From an uncultured Spirochaetota bacterium (GTDB taxonomy: Bacteria; Spirochaetota; Spirochaetia; SZUA-6; Fen-1364), in the NCBI GenBank assembly GCA_963734545.1, contig CAVTHO010000007.1, forward strand, positions 448,001 to 512,000: a stretch of DNA of 64,000 nt. Reading direction: 5' to 3'. Below are positions 26,156 to 37,049 of this stretch, one piece after another (positions within the stretch are counted from its first letter, which is position 1; each line of letters starts with the position of its first letter). A model generated the notes under the pieces. That model made no database searches, was not told the DNA's origin, and saw only the letters and a program-made list of their open reading frames with translations. A program made the translations under genes and the position numbers.

Positions 26156-27211
26156 TTACCTAGTCACGGTCACCTTGCGCAGCCCGCGCGGAGAATCAGG
26201 ATCGAACCCTTTTGCAATGGCCAGGTGGAGTCCAAGGAGCTGGCCGGGAATCACGGCAAGAACGGGAGAGAGCCAGTCCGGCGCTCCTTCCGCGATCGGA
26301 AGCCTCGTGATCCCTTTTTCCAGTATGTCTTTGGAGTCACTGATCGCGATTACCTCTGATTGTCTTTCCAGAAGCACGCCGGCGAACTCCGTCATATGAG
26401 AGAGCAGCACGCCGCTTGTGGCGATCAGTATCACAGGAAAACCCGGTTCGAGCATGGCCATGGGGCCGTGAAGGAAATCTGCCGAGGAATACGGCTCTGC
26501 GGTGACGTAGGTAAGCTCCTTCAGCTTGAGCGCGATCTCCATGGAGATCCCATGGCAGAATCCGCGGCTGATGACCACGCAGCGCTGCATGTAGCGGTAG
26601 CGCTCCGCCCGGGCCGCGGCGGTGGAGCCGGAAAGAGCGAGCGTGCGCGCCGCGCGCTCCGGCAGCTCCTTGACGCACGCTGTGCGCGCGTCGTCTTTCT
26701 GCAGTACAGCGGAAAGAGCGGCCAGGACTGCCAGGGAGGAAGTGAAGGTCTTGGTGGCAGCCACCGCTTTTTCAGGTCCCGTCCTCAACAATAGCGCATG
26801 GTCCGCCTGGGCCGCCATCGGAGAGGCGCCGTCCGCGGTGACCACGGCCGTGAGCGCGCCCTGCCGTCGCGCGTCCGCCATCACCTCCACGATGTCCTCC
26901 GACTGTCCGGACTGGGAAATCCCCAGGACCATGACATTTCTGAGCCGGGGCGGCTTGTGGTAGAACGTGTAGAGGGAGGGGGTTGCCATCATGACGGGAA
27001 GCCCGTTGAATGCCTGGAAGAGGTACTTCGCGTACACCCCGGCATTGTCCGAGCTGCCGCGCGCCGCTATCATGACACTGGTGATGTCGCGTGCCCGCAC
27101 GTCATGCGCCAGCAGCTCGAGCTCCCGCGCGCAGGACTCGACCGTCCTCGCGATTGCGTCGGGCTGCTCTCCGATTTCGCGCTCCAACACAGACTTGGAT
27201 TCGCCATTCAT
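26156..27211 (-). CDS. Double-SIS sugar-phosphate isomerase/deaminase (GlmS C-terminal-like)
   Basis: EREIGEQP, ARGSSDNA, SQSGQS, AVAATKTF, ALKLKE and PRGLRKVTVT; no glutaminase domain. Confidence 0.85.
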   Translation of the reverse strand: MNGESKSVLEREIGEQPDAIARTVESCARELELLAHDVRARDITSVMIAARGSSDNAGVYAKYLFQAFNGLPVMMATPSLYTFYHKPPRLRNVMVLGISQSGQSEDIVEVMADARRQGALTAVVTADGASPMAAQADHALLLRTGPEKAVAATKTFTSSLAVLAALSAVLQKDDARTACVKELPERAARTLALSGSTAAARAERYRYMQRCVVISRGFCHGISMEIALKLKELTYVTAEPYSSADFLHGPMAMLEPGFPVILIATSGVLLSHMTEFAGVLLERQSEVIAISDSKDILEKGITRLPIAEGAPDWLSPVLAVIPGQLLGLHLAIAKGFDPDSPRGLRKVTVTR

Positions 27212-27281
27212 GTTGCGCATAGTGCAGATTCGGCGCAGGGTTGTCAATTCTCACGCCTGCCGCTATAGTCGGTCCACAACA

Positions 27282-27935
27282 ATGGCACATTCGGCGGTAC
27301 TCTTCGATCTTGACGGCACTCTTCTGGACACCCTGGAGGACCTCGGGGACTCGATGAATGTCGTCCTGCATGCCCTCGGCTTTCCCGTTCACCGTATCGA
27401 TGCGTATCGGTACTTCGTGGGAGACGGAGTCGAAAACCTTGTTCTTCGCTCCCTGCCGGAGACGGCGCGGACGAATGAGGCCCTGGTCCGCGAATCTGTC
27501 GCCAGGATGCGGGCGGAATACGCCGTACGCTGGAAAGACAAGACCCGGCTGTATGACGGCATTGCGGAGCTGCTGGACACGCTTTCGGCATGGGGGCTGA
27601 AGACGGCGATACTCTCCAACAAGCCCCACCCGGCGGTCCTTCAGGTCGTGGACCATTTCCTTGGGAAATGGCGGTTCGACGCGGCCCTGGGGGCCCGGCC
27701 CGGCGTTCCCATCAAGCCGGACCCGGGCGCGGCAGCCGAAGTGTGCCGGCTGCTGGACACCCCGCCGGAGTCGTTTCTCTACCTGGGGGACACCAACACG
27801 GATATGGTCACGGCAGGCTCAGCAGGCATGTTCGCTGTGGGGGTTCTCTGGGGCTTCCGCACGGAAGAGGAGCTGACTGCGTCCGGTGCAAGAGCCCTGA
27901 TCCATCGGCCCCTCGAGGTGCTGGGCCTGCTCTAG
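27282..27935 (+). CDS. HAD-superfamily hydrolase (phosphoglycolate phosphatase-like)
   Basis: FDLDGTLLD, SNK, KPDP, GDTNTD and WGFR motifs. Confidence 0.9.
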   Translation: MAHSAVLFDLDGTLLDTLEDLGDSMNVVLHALGFPVHRIDAYRYFVGDGVENLVLRSLPETARTNEALVRESVARMRAEYAVRWKDKTRLYDGIAELLDTLSAWGLKTAILSNKPHPAVLQVVDHFLGKWRFDAALGARPGVPIKPDPGAAAEVCRLLDTPPESFLYLGDTNTDMVTAGSAGMFAVGVLWGFRTEEELTASGARALIHRPLEVLGLL

Positions 27936-27946
27936 CCCTCGATTCT

Positions 27947-28833
27947 CTATTGTGCCTTTATCTGCTGATCGATCAGCTTTGCCGTATCGGTGGAAGGATC
28001 CAGTTTATATCCCGCGTCAAGGGCAGCGCGCGCGGATGCCTTGTCTCCAAGACCCTTCTGGCTGTAGTAACTGAGGAGATAGGCCACCTGTGTCGCCTCG
28101 CCCGTCGGGAAGGCGGCAATGAATGGGGACAGAATGGCCAGCGCGTCCTTGAAATTGGAAGTATCGACCAGTACCTGCGACTTGAGAATGACGTAGCGCG
28201 CGTACCAGGCGGCATCCGGCGTGGGGGAAATCTGCTCCAGCGCGTGGTAGGCCCGGGCAGTCTGGCCATTGCCGTAGTACGCCGCGCCCATGAGGTAGGT
28301 GAACTCCGACTTGTCGGTCTCCGCGGAGGAATCCTTGATGGCCTCGTCGAGGACCTGGATGGCGTCCGTGAACTTCTTCTCATCCAGCAGGGCCTGCACC
28401 CGGCCGCGGGTCTCGTCATTCTCTTCCACCCACATCACAGACGCCTGTCCCTGCTCTCCGGCGCGCGCACGCCTCCGACCTGGCTGGCCTTGGACTTTTC
28501 CGTGGTCAATGATGCCAGCTTCTGCGATATGGTGCTGCCGATGCCGCCTGCCCCCGATTTTTCGGTTGCCCTGGCAAGGGCTGCCATGTCGTAGACGCCG
28601 TCCTTGAGGATCGTGATCTTGAACTTGCCCCTGAGGAGCTCGAGAGATCCGTTCTGGGAGATCCGCACGCTCGCATCAGCCGGCACCTTGTCGCCGATGG
28701 AGAGGGCCTTCCATACCTTCGCCGCCTGCAGCTCAGCGACACCGTCAAGGTAGCTGACGGAGAATGCCTGCGCACTTATCCCCGCCGTGAGCACAAGGGC
28801 GAAAACCGCCGCGAGAAGATATCGCTTGTTCAT
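27947..28833 (-). CDS. Exported protein with FecR-like N-terminus and TPR repeats (frameshift near 28450)
   Basis: ORF 28435..28833 has a signal peptide and LSIGDKV..VRISQNG; TPR helices follow in ORF 27947..28438. Confidence 0.65.
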
Positions 28834-28886
28834 ACTTCAATAATACCACGGGAAGACTGTCTTCACAAACAATGGTGCGAGAATTT

Positions 28887-29855
28887 CTAGTTGCGAAGCT
28901 CCGCGGCGGGCTCGCGCGGCACGGCCCGCAGGCCCACACGGGCCGAGTGCCTGATCACGACGAGCTCGGCCGACCTGCCGATACGCTCGTCCGTGAGCTG
29001 CCGGTGCAGATCGTCGATGGAGGAAATCGTCTTTCCGTCAAATTCGACCAGGAGGTCCCGCACCTGCAGCCCGGCGCGCTCCGCCGGGCTGTCCGGCTCC
29101 ACGGAGATGATCAATACCCCGCTTTCAGCGCCCAGGCCCAGCACGTGGGCCGCGTGCGGAGGGACCTTCATGTTCTGGCCGCCGATTCCGAGCCATCCCC
29201 GCCGAATCCTGCCGTCGCGGATCAGCCGGGGTGCCACGTACTGCGCCGTGTTGATCGGCGTCGAAAAGCACAATCCCTGCGCGCCGAGGATGATCGCCGT
29301 ATTCACCCCGATCACCTCGCCATGAGTGGTGACCAGCGGCCCTCCCGAGTTGCCTGGATTCAGCGCCGCGTCGGTCTGGATGACGTTGTCGATGAGCCGC
29401 CCTGACTGCGAGCGGAGCGACCTGCCCACCGCGCTCACCACTCCCGCCGTCACGGTGCACTGAAATCCCAGCGGATTGCCGATGGCAATCACCAGCTGGC
29501 CGACTCGTATGGACTCGGAATTGCCGAGCTGGGCCGTGGGAAGCCCCGATTCGTGCACGCGCACGACGGCGAGATCGGTATCGGGATCGTCACCGACCAG
29601 CTCCGCCTGGAACCTGCGGCCGTCGGTGAGGGTGGCTTCCACCCGGCTGGCGCCATGCACCACGTGACTGTTGGTCAGGATGAATCCGTCCGGAGCGAAG
29701 ACGAACCCCGATCCGCTCCCGTTGCTCTCCCCGCGTCGGCCGTGGCCGCTCACCTGGATGTGCACGACAGCCGGGCTGGCCTTGTCCACCCCCTCAACGA
29801 CCGCCTGCGAGTAGGCGTCCAGAAGCTCGATATCCGATTGAATTGGTCCGCTCAT
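28887..29855 (-). CDS. HtrA/DegP-family trypsin-like serine protease with PDZ domain
   Basis: GSGSGF, LTNSHVV, DLAV, QTDAALNPGNSGGPL and a C-terminal PDZ domain. Confidence 0.92.
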   Translation of the reverse strand: MSGPIQSDIELLDAYSQAVVEGVDKASPAVVHIQVSGHGRRGESNGSGSGFVFAPDGFILTNSHVVHGASRVEATLTDGRRFQAELVGDDPDTDLAVVRVHESGLPTAQLGNSESIRVGQLVIAIGNPLGFQCTVTAGVVSAVGRSLRSQSGRLIDNVIQTDAALNPGNSGGPLVTTHGEVIGVNTAIILGAQGLCFSTPINTAQYVAPRLIRDGRIRRGWLGIGGQNMKVPPHAAHVLGLGAESGVLIISVEPDSPAERAGLQVRDLLVEFDGKTISSIDDLHRQLTDERIGRSAELVVIRHSARVGLRAVPREPAAELRN

Positions 29856-29934
29856 GACCTGTCAAAGATACGGCGCCGGCCCACTCGGGGCAACCGCGGG
29901 TGACGTGGCCGGGGCCTGCAAGTGTTGAACAGGC

Positions 29935-30687
29935 ATGAGGCATCTGGCCGCGGCGCTGCTCGCCGCGCTGACCATATCGTGCGCCGCATTCGGCTCCGGA
30001 GCAAGCGAGGATGACTCATTTTCGTATCCCGGCATCGATACGGTTTCCGTCAATGCAGAATTCCTGAACGTGGAAGTGAGCGGGGACGAAGGATCCGACG
30101 TGTCGGTGAGCTCGGATCTGCCTTCCGATTCTCTGCTCGAGTCCAGGGGCTACAAGCTGCTGCATGAAGTGGAGGGCTCGCGGCTCAAAGTATGGCTGGA
30201 AAAAGACTGGCCTTTCGCCCGGTCCACGGAAGGGACGCTCCTGGTTCAGTGCCCCCGCGACATTCGGTTGAAAATGGAAACTGTGTCAGGCCGCATCACG
30301 GTGGAGAGAATGGAAAGCGGGAATTGCGCTCTGCGCACGGTGTCCGGTGGGATCCGCTTGAGGGACATCCGCGGTGCGCTGAGCGCGGCAAGCGTTTCCG
30401 GGAGGATTTCACTGGATGCGGCCGAGGGAAGGGTGACCGTGAAGACGGTTTCCGGTGCCATCCAGGGCCACGCGCTCCTTATTGAGGAAGATTCCTCGTT
30501 TTCCACGATTTCCGGGAACATCGACATCCGACTGGATACGCCGCTGGAGCGCCTCCGGTTCGACCTTCGCTCCCTTTCGGGAAGGATCGTGGTCGGCACC
30601 GTCAGAGCGGAAAGGGGTCTGCGGATGGGGATGACCGGGGCGCTGGTGCGCGGTCAGAGCGTTTCGGGAGCCCTGATCTTCAAGTAA
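29935..30687 (+). CDS. DUF4097-like beta-strand repeat exported protein
   Basis: Signal peptide and repeated T(V)SG.I motifs. Confidence 0.75.
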   Translation: MRHLAAALLAALTISCAAFGSGASEDDSFSYPGIDTVSVNAEFLNVEVSGDEGSDVSVSSDLPSDSLLESRGYKLLHEVEGSRLKVWLEKDWPFARSTEGTLLVQCPRDIRLKMETVSGRITVERMESGNCALRTVSGGIRLRDIRGALSAASVSGRISLDAAEGRVTVKTVSGAIQGHALLIEEDSSFSTISGNIDIRLDTPLERLRFDLRSLSGRIVVGTVRAERGLRMGMTGALVRGQSVSGALIFK

Positions 30688-30695
30688 AGCCCGGC

Positions 30696-32077
30696 CTATG
30701 TCAGGGGATCTCGGAAGAGCTCCACCGGGCGGCCCGCGAGCTGGCCTATCTTCACGTTCCTCAGCTTGTCTTCTCTCTCCCGCCAGGCAACGTGCTCGGC
30801 GGCCTGCGCCCGCGGCACGTCGAGCCGAAGATTGCCGGTCGAGCCCGTGGACCTCTTCTTTGCAATCGCCTCGACCGGGTCCCGCGTGCCCAGGTCCTGC
30901 AGGCTGCGGCCGATCTCCTGATACGCATCCCTGAACGGCATGCCGTCGGAAACGAGCTCCAGCGCCCTGTCGGTGGCGAATATCTCCGGCGTGAACGCGG
31001 CGCGCAGACGGTCCTGGTTCACGACGAGCCTGTCGATGGTCAGGTCCATGATCCGCACGCAGCCCAGACCCGACTCGCAGCCCCTGAAAAAAGGACCCTT
31101 TGTTTCCTGGAAGTCCCTGTTGTACCCGGTGGGGAGAGACCGGATGATGCCCTTGATCTGCCAGGACGTCCGCAGAGATACCCGCGCTTTTTGCCCGGAC
31201 GAGCTCCAGCCCATCCGGATTCCTCTTCTGCGGCATCATGCTGGATCCCGTGCACAACTCCTCGGGAAGGGTGAAATATCCGAACTCCGGGAGAGAGAAG
31301 AGGATGAGGTCCTGGGCCATCTTGGAGAGAGTAAGGGCCGCCTGTTCGACCGCCTCCAGCGCGATGGACTCGAATTTGCCCCTGCTGTTGTTCGCATAGA
31401 GCACGTTGTTCTGGACCCGGGAAAAGCCGAGTAGGTCCGCTACCATCTCCCTGTCAGCGGGGAGGGGTGAGCCGTAGCTGGCTGCCGAGCCGAGGGGACA
31501 GCAGTCGAGCAGGGAAAAAGCATTCCGGGCGAGCGCCGCGTCGTCCAGGAGCTCTTCCGCAAACGCCCCTGCCCACAGGCCCACGGAAGAAGGCATGGCA
31601 AGCTGCGTGTGCGTTCTCCCCGGCATGGGCACGCGCGCATGCGCTTCGGCGAAATCGAGCAGCCGCGCAGATCAGGTCCAGGCAGGCTTTCTGGAACGAG
31701 AAAAGGAATCCCCTGCTCCAGAGCCGAAGCGCGGTGAGCACCTGGTCGTTTCGCGACCTGCCGGTGTGGATCCGCTTGCCCGTGTCTCCCAGTGCGCGCA
31801 CGAGGTGATTCTCGATCGCGGTATGCACGTCCTCGTCCGACCGACTGATGAAGAATTTACCCCTTTCGTTCAGCTCGATGATGCCGGCCAGCTCCTTGAC
31901 CAGTGAATCTGCTTCCGCCCGGGAAAGTATGCCGATGGAAGAGAGCATCCTCGCATGGGCCATGCTGGACACGCAGTCCGCGTTCACGAGCCTCGCATCC
32001 AGCACGGGGTCGCTGCCGACCGTGAAAGCTTCCATCAGTGCATCGAGGCTGTAGGTCTTTTCCCAGAGCTTGGCCAT
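30696..32077 (-). CDS. argH: Argininosuccinate lyase (frameshifts near 31672 and 31162)
   Basis: DEDVH, IHTGRSRNDQ, MPGRTHTQ, GSSMMPQKRNPD, YNRDFQE and GMPFRDAY spread over three frames. Confidence 0.92.
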
Positions 32078-32088
32078 AGAAGGCAATA

Positions 32089-32826
32089 CTAGGCGTCGGG
32101 TTCCGCTCTGTCAATCAATTCGTCGGACTCTTCCGCGGCGCTGAACTTCGGATTGTTGCCCGCAATCACGACCGTTATCTCCCCGCGCACCTTCACGTCC
32201 TTGAACCGGACGGCGAGCTCGCTCAGGGTGCCCCGATGGGTCTTTTCGAACTGCTTGGTCATCTCGATGCACACGGCGGCGCGGCGGTCGCCCAGCACGT
32301 CACGGGCGTCCTCGAGAAGCTTCTGCACGCGGAACGGTGACTCGTAGAAGACAAGGGTATGGGGAAGATCCTTCTCCATGGCGAGATACCGCCTGCGCAC
32401 GCCCGGTTTCCTGGGCGGGAAACCCTTGAACGTGAAGCTGGAAGTGGGAAGCCCCGACGCGAGCAGCGCCGGCTCGATGGCCCCGGCCCCGGGGAGCACC
32501 TCGACGGTGTATCCCTCTTCGAGGGCCCGGGAGATCACCCGGTAGCCCGCGTCGCTGATGCCGGGGTAGCCCGCGTCGGAGCAGATGCCGACGGACAGCC
32601 CGCTCTTGAGAAAGCCGATAATCCTGGCGCCGGCCTGCGCTTCGTTCTGCTCGCGATAGGAGATGATGGTTTCCGGGCTGTGAATTCCATGTTTTTCGAA
32701 AAGGATCCGGGTGTGGCGGGTGTCCTCGCACGCCAGCACGTGCAGCTCTCCCAGCACCCGTATGGCCCGCAGGGTCATGTCCTCCAGGTTCCCGATAGGC
32801 GTTGCGATGATGAAGAGCTTCGTCAT
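32089..32826 (-). CDS. rsmI: 16S rRNA C1402 2'-O-methyltransferase
   Basis: ATPIGNLEDMT, CEDTR, SDAGYPGISDAG, FYESP and EMTKQFE motifs. Confidence 0.93.
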   Translation of the reverse strand: MTKLFIIATPIGNLEDMTLRAIRVLGELHVLACEDTRHTRILFEKHGIHSPETIISYREQNEAQAGARIIGFLKSGLSVGICSDAGYPGISDAGYRVISRALEEGYTVEVLPGAGAIEPALLASGLPTSSFTFKGFPPRKPGVRRRYLAMEKDLPHTLVFYESPFRVQKLLEDARDVLGDRRAAVCIEMTKQFEKTHRGTLSELAVRFKDVKVRGEITVVIAGNNPKFSAAEESDELIDRAEPDA

Positions 32827-32926
32827 GGGATTTGTCCCTGGAAGTATAGCCTTTTTTGCTTGATTCGGGCAGAGCAGCGGCAGTATGTTTGGATCAGTTC
32901 TGTTCCTGCGCGCGCGCGTTGCGCGG

Positions 32927-33005
32927 GCGCGGAAGCGACTGGCGTTTGAAGATGGGCACACCATCGGGGAGCTTCTGCGGGTACGGCGTCGTACGCCTGG
33001 GCGCC
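32927..33005 (+). ncRNA. ZMP/ZTP (pfl) riboswitch
   Basis: GCGACTGGCG...GATGG/CCATC stem...GGGGAGC...CGCCTGGGC matches the pfl consensus, including pseudoknot GGCG/CGCC, upstream of glyA. Confidence 0.85.
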
Positions 33006-33049
33006 TGCCGCGAATCGCTTCGCCTGGGGATTCCCCCGGAGGTCAGCCT

Positions 33050-34549
33050 ATGCGCGCCAGCCCTCTTGCAGACTACCTGAAAACACACACCGCACCGGAT
33101 CCTGGTGCAGTGGCCTACGTCGCCGCACTTCAGTCGGTCGCGCAATGCTCTCCCGAGATCGCGCGGTCCATCGTGTCCGAGCTGGAGAAGCAGCGCTCCA
33201 GCATCAAGCTCATTGCCAGTGAGAACTACTCATCCCTTGCGGTCCAGCTCGCAATGGGCAATCTCCTTACCGACAAGTACGCGGAAGGCTATCCGCGGCA
33301 CAGGTTCTACGCCGGCAACGACAATGTCGACGACATCGAGGAGAGGGCCCAGGCGGAAGCGCGCGCACTTTTCGGCGCAGAGTATGCCAACGTGCAGGCG
33401 CACTGCGGGGCGGACGCCAACCTCATGGCCTACTGGGCAATCCTCACGACCAGGGTCGAGGAGCCCGCGCTGAAGGCATTCGGGGAAACGAACCTGTACA
33501 AGCTTGACGACGCGCAATGGATGGAGCTTCGCACCGCGCTCGGCAACCAGCGCCTCCTCGGCCTCAACTATTATTCAGGCGGTCACCTGACGCACGGGTA
33601 CCGCTACAACCTTTCCGCCCGCATGTTCGATATTCACTCCTATTCGGTGAGAAAGGACACGTTCCTCATCGACTACGACGACATCGAACAGAAGGCACGC
33701 GAGGTCCGGCCGCTCATTCTCCTTGCCGGCTACTCGGCCTACCCTCGAAAAATCGACTTCCGCAGAATGCGGTCCATCGCTGACTCGGTGGGCGCCGTGC
33801 TCATGGTGGATATGGCGCATTTTGCCGGCCTCGTTGCCGGCGGCGTTTTCACCGGGGACTACAGCCCGTTTCCCCACGCGCAGGTCGTGACGACGACCAC
33901 GCACAAGACCCTGCGGGGCCCCCGGGCCGGCATGGTCCTCTCAACAAGGGAGTTCGCCGATGCCCTGGACAAATCCTGCCCGCTGATGATGGGAGGTCCT
34001 CTCCCTCACGTCGTGGCGGCCAAGGCTGTGGCGTTGTGTGAAGCCAGTTCCGAGGAGTTCAGGACTTATGCGCATGGGATTGTCGAAAATGCCCGGGCGA
34101 TGGCGGAAGCCTGCATGGCGGAGGGCCTGGAGGTCGTCACCGGCGGCACGGACAACCACCTGTTCCTGGTAAACGTCTCTTCGCTCGGATTGACCGGCAG
34201 GCAGGCAGAAGGCGCCCTTCATGATTGCGGCATCACGCTCAACCGCAATTCTCTCCCGTTCGACAGGAACGGGCCCTGGTACACGAGCGGCCTGCGCATC
34301 GGCACCCCCGCGGTGACGACCCTGGGTATGAAGCCTGATCACATGAGGGAAATTGCGTCGGTGATAGGCCTCGTTCTCAAGGCCACACGGCCGCAGAATG
34401 CCGCGGATGGCGCGCCGAGCAAGGCGAAGTACGAGGTGAGCGCGGAAGCCGGGTCGGAAGCACGGCAGAGGGTCAAGGCTCTCCTGGACCAGTTCCCCGT
34501 GTATCCCGAGCTTGACCTTGGCTTCCTGAAGAAGGCGTTCTGCGCGTGA
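33050..34549 (+). CDS. glyA: Serine hydroxymethyltransferase (long form)
   Basis: LIASEN, DKYAEGYP, GGHLTHG, DMAHFAGLVA, TTTTHKTLRGPR, GGTDNH and SGLRIGT. RBS GGAGG precedes ATG 33050. Confidence 0.96.
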   Translation: MRASPLADYLKTHTAPDPGAVAYVAALQSVAQCSPEIARSIVSELEKQRSSIKLIASENYSSLAVQLAMGNLLTDKYAEGYPRHRFYAGNDNVDDIEERAQAEARALFGAEYANVQAHCGADANLMAYWAILTTRVEEPALKAFGETNLYKLDDAQWMELRTALGNQRLLGLNYYSGGHLTHGYRYNLSARMFDIHSYSVRKDTFLIDYDDIEQKAREVRPLILLAGYSAYPRKIDFRRMRSIADSVGAVLMVDMAHFAGLVAGGVFTGDYSPFPHAQVVTTTTHKTLRGPRAGMVLSTREFADALDKSCPLMMGGPLPHVVAAKAVALCEASSEEFRTYAHGIVENARAMAEACMAEGLEVVTGGTDNHLFLVNVSSLGLTGRQAEGALHDCGITLNRNSLPFDRNGPWYTSGLRIGTPAVTTLGMKPDHMREIASVIGLVLKATRPQNAADGAPSKAKYEVSAEAGSEARQRVKALLDQFPVYPELDLGFLKKAFCA

Positions 34550-34580
34550 GTGCGCCCGCGGGAATGACCCGGCCTTTCCT

Positions 34581-35621
34581 CTAGAACGTGAAGCGGACCG
34601 CGGCGTACACCATGCCCGCGCTGGCCGGGCAGAACACGACTTTGTGCCCTCGCTTCAACAGACCTTCGTTCAGCGCCATGTAAATTCCCATGGGGATGCT
34701 GGCGGAGACGATATTGCCGAAAGCGGGGAAGACCTTGGCAAACATCTTTTCAGCGGGGAGCGAGTGCAGCTTGCTCGCGGTCAGGTACGCGGCGTCCGAT
34801 GCAGCGTGGGGGAAGTAGATATCCGGTTCGTTCCAGTCAGGCACCAGCTCTTTTACTACGGGCGCCAGGTACTTGTTCGCCGCGTCGAACAAGTCCTTGC
34901 CGTACGATACGAAGTTGTTGATCCCGTTCTTCCCCAGCCGCTTGGAGGGCTCGACGAAGTTTTCATATCCGTCCAGCGGGATGGTGCACAGGTCGGCGAG
35001 CGCGGGAATCGACTTGTAGACGAACTTCCATTCCCGGTCCGAGGGGCTGACGATCGTTGCCGTGGCCGCCTCCCCGATGGTGTAGGTCGGGAACGTATAC
35101 TCGATCTGGCGAAGGTGCTCGATCTTGAAATTGTCCGGATACCCGTGATAGATGTTGAACTCGCCGTTCAGGATCATGATGTGCTTGTAGCGGCCGCTCT
35201 TGAAGAACTCGTAGGAGATCTCCAGCGCGCGTATCCAGCTCATGCAGGCGTCCACGATATCAAAGCAGGAACAGGTCATGTGCATGTGCTGCGCGTAAAA
35301 ATAGGCATTGGCAGGCTCCAGAAATCCTTTTCCCACTCCACAGTAGATGAGCAGGTCAATGTCGCCCGCGCTCAGCTCGGCCTTTTCCAGGGCTTCCTTC
35401 ATCGCGCCAATGATGAAATCACTGGCCTTTTCTTTTTTCGTTTCGTCCCGCGTGTAACGGACTTCGGACCCCGCCATCGTAAAGAGCCCGCGCACCATCC
35501 GCTGATAGGTCTTCAGAAGGATGGGCGAGACGCCGTTGCTGTGATCCTCCAACAGCTGCAGGATATCGGCATTCGTCACTTTGCGTGACGGCACCTTGAC
35601 ACCAACTGAATCGATTCTCAT
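34581..35621 (-). CDS. Stand-alone KAS III-family ketosynthase (OleA/PpyS-like)
   Basis: Catalytic triad DACMSW, FPHAAS and FGNIVSASIP; FLEPANA Glu motif; TIGEAATA. Confidence 0.8.
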   Translation of the reverse strand: MRIDSVGVKVPSRKVTNADILQLLEDHSNGVSPILLKTYQRMVRGLFTMAGSEVRYTRDETKKEKASDFIIGAMKEALEKAELSAGDIDLLIYCGVGKGFLEPANAYFYAQHMHMTCSCFDIVDACMSWIRALEISYEFFKSGRYKHIMILNGEFNIYHGYPDNFKIEHLRQIEYTFPTYTIGEAATATIVSPSDREWKFVYKSIPALADLCTIPLDGYENFVEPSKRLGKNGINNFVSYGKDLFDAANKYLAPVVKELVPDWNEPDIYFPHAASDAAYLTASKLHSLPAEKMFAKVFPAFGNIVSASIPMGIYMALNEGLLKRGHKVVFCPASAGMVYAAVRFTF

Positions 35622-35762
35622 GTTCACCCCGCGAAATTCAAATTTGTTGTTGGGGAGTTGAACTCCCCGGCACATTGCTGTACCAATGCATCGCTCGACG
35701 CAGGAATAATTATTATATGAGTATACCCCTTTCAATCGCAATTGCATAGTATTGGAGCCACA

Positions 35763-37049
35763 ATGCGGATCACCGTGATAGCAATCGGTTCCCAGGGAGA
35801 CGTGCAGCCATTCGCCGCATTGGGCGCGGGCCTGGCAAAGGCGGGTTTCAAGGTGAGGCTGGCCAGCCACGAGACGTTTCGCGCGCTCGCACAGGCAGGC
35901 GGCCTCGAGTTCGCTCCCATTACCGGCAATCCGCGCGACATCGTGCAGGGCGAGCAGGGGCAGGCATGGCTTCAATCCACGGACAACTACCTCCTATTCC
36001 TGAGACAGACCTCACGGATCGCGAGAGGCATGATCGGAAAGCTGTCCAGTGACATGCTGGAGGGGAGCAGGGGAAGCGACGCGCTGATCTACAGCCTCCC
36101 TCTGGCAGTCTCGGGGTACTCGACAGCCGAGGTACTCGGGATTCCCGGGATTCCCGCCTCCCTCTATCCCCTGCACCCGACCCGCGCATTTCCATCCATC
36201 ATGACTCCCACGCTTCCGCTCAATTGGGGCCCCCTCAACAGGTTGAGCGGAGCGGGCGTGGCAGAGCTCTTCTGGCTGATAGTCAGACCTCTCCTGGCTA
36301 CCGAAGCAAGGGCCGGGTCAGGTCTCGGCCGTCTGCCCTGCCGCATACCTCTCAAGGCCTGGGAAAAGCGCGGCCACCCCTTCCTCTACGGATACAGCCC
36401 CTCGGTCATTCCCCGGCCGGCAGATTGGGGCGAATCGGAAGTGGTCTGCGGCTACTGGTTCAGCGAGCGGCATGACGAATGGGAGCCCCCGGCAGACCTT
36501 CTGAAATTCATCGAATCCGGACCGGCGCCCCTGTACGTCGGTTTCGGAAGCATGGCGAGCGGGGACTCGACGCTGCTGACCCGGTCCGTGCTGGAAGCGC
36601 TGAAGAGAACCGGCCAGCGCGCCATCTTTTCGTCGGGGTGGGGCGGGCTGAAGACGGAGCGCCTTCCCGCCAATGTATTTCCGGTAGGTCACATTCCGCA
36701 TGATTGGCTTTTCCCGCGGGTCTCAATGGCAGTGCATCACGGCGGGGCGGGGACAACTGCCGCGGTGCTTCGCGCCGGAATCCCCTCCATAATCGTTCCC
36801 TTTTTTGCCGATCAGTTCTTCTGGGGCAAGCTCGTGCAATCACGCGGCCTGGGCGCTTCGCCCCTCCCGCACAAGAAGCTGTCCGCGGACGCGCTCGAAG
36901 AGCGGATTCGTGCAGTGCTGACTGCTGATGGGATGCGGCAGCGCTGCGCAGAGATGGCTCGCAGGATTTCGGCTGAAGACGGGATCGCCACCGCGGTCGC
37001 GGCCGTGGAGAGCTATTTCCGCAGCACCATTTTCAAAACTACCCACTGA
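35763..37049 (+). CDS. GT1-family glycosyltransferase (sterol/lipid glucosyltransferase-like)
   Basis: GSQGDVQPF, YVGFGSM, PHDWLFP, HHGGAGTT and PFFADQFFWG motifs. Confidence 0.9.
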   Translation: MRITVIAIGSQGDVQPFAALGAGLAKAGFKVRLASHETFRALAQAGGLEFAPITGNPRDIVQGEQGQAWLQSTDNYLLFLRQTSRIARGMIGKLSSDMLEGSRGSDALIYSLPLAVSGYSTAEVLGIPGIPASLYPLHPTRAFPSIMTPTLPLNWGPLNRLSGAGVAELFWLIVRPLLATEARAGSGLGRLPCRIPLKAWEKRGHPFLYGYSPSVIPRPADWGESEVVCGYWFSERHDEWEPPADLLKFIESGPAPLYVGFGSMASGDSTLLTRSVLEALKRTGQRAIFSSGWGGLKTERLPANVFPVGHIPHDWLFPRVSMAVHHGGAGTTAAVLRAGIPSIIVPFFADQFFWGKLVQSRGLGASPLPHKKLSADALEERIRAVLTADGMRQRCAEMARRISAEDGIATAVAAVESYFRSTIFKTTH

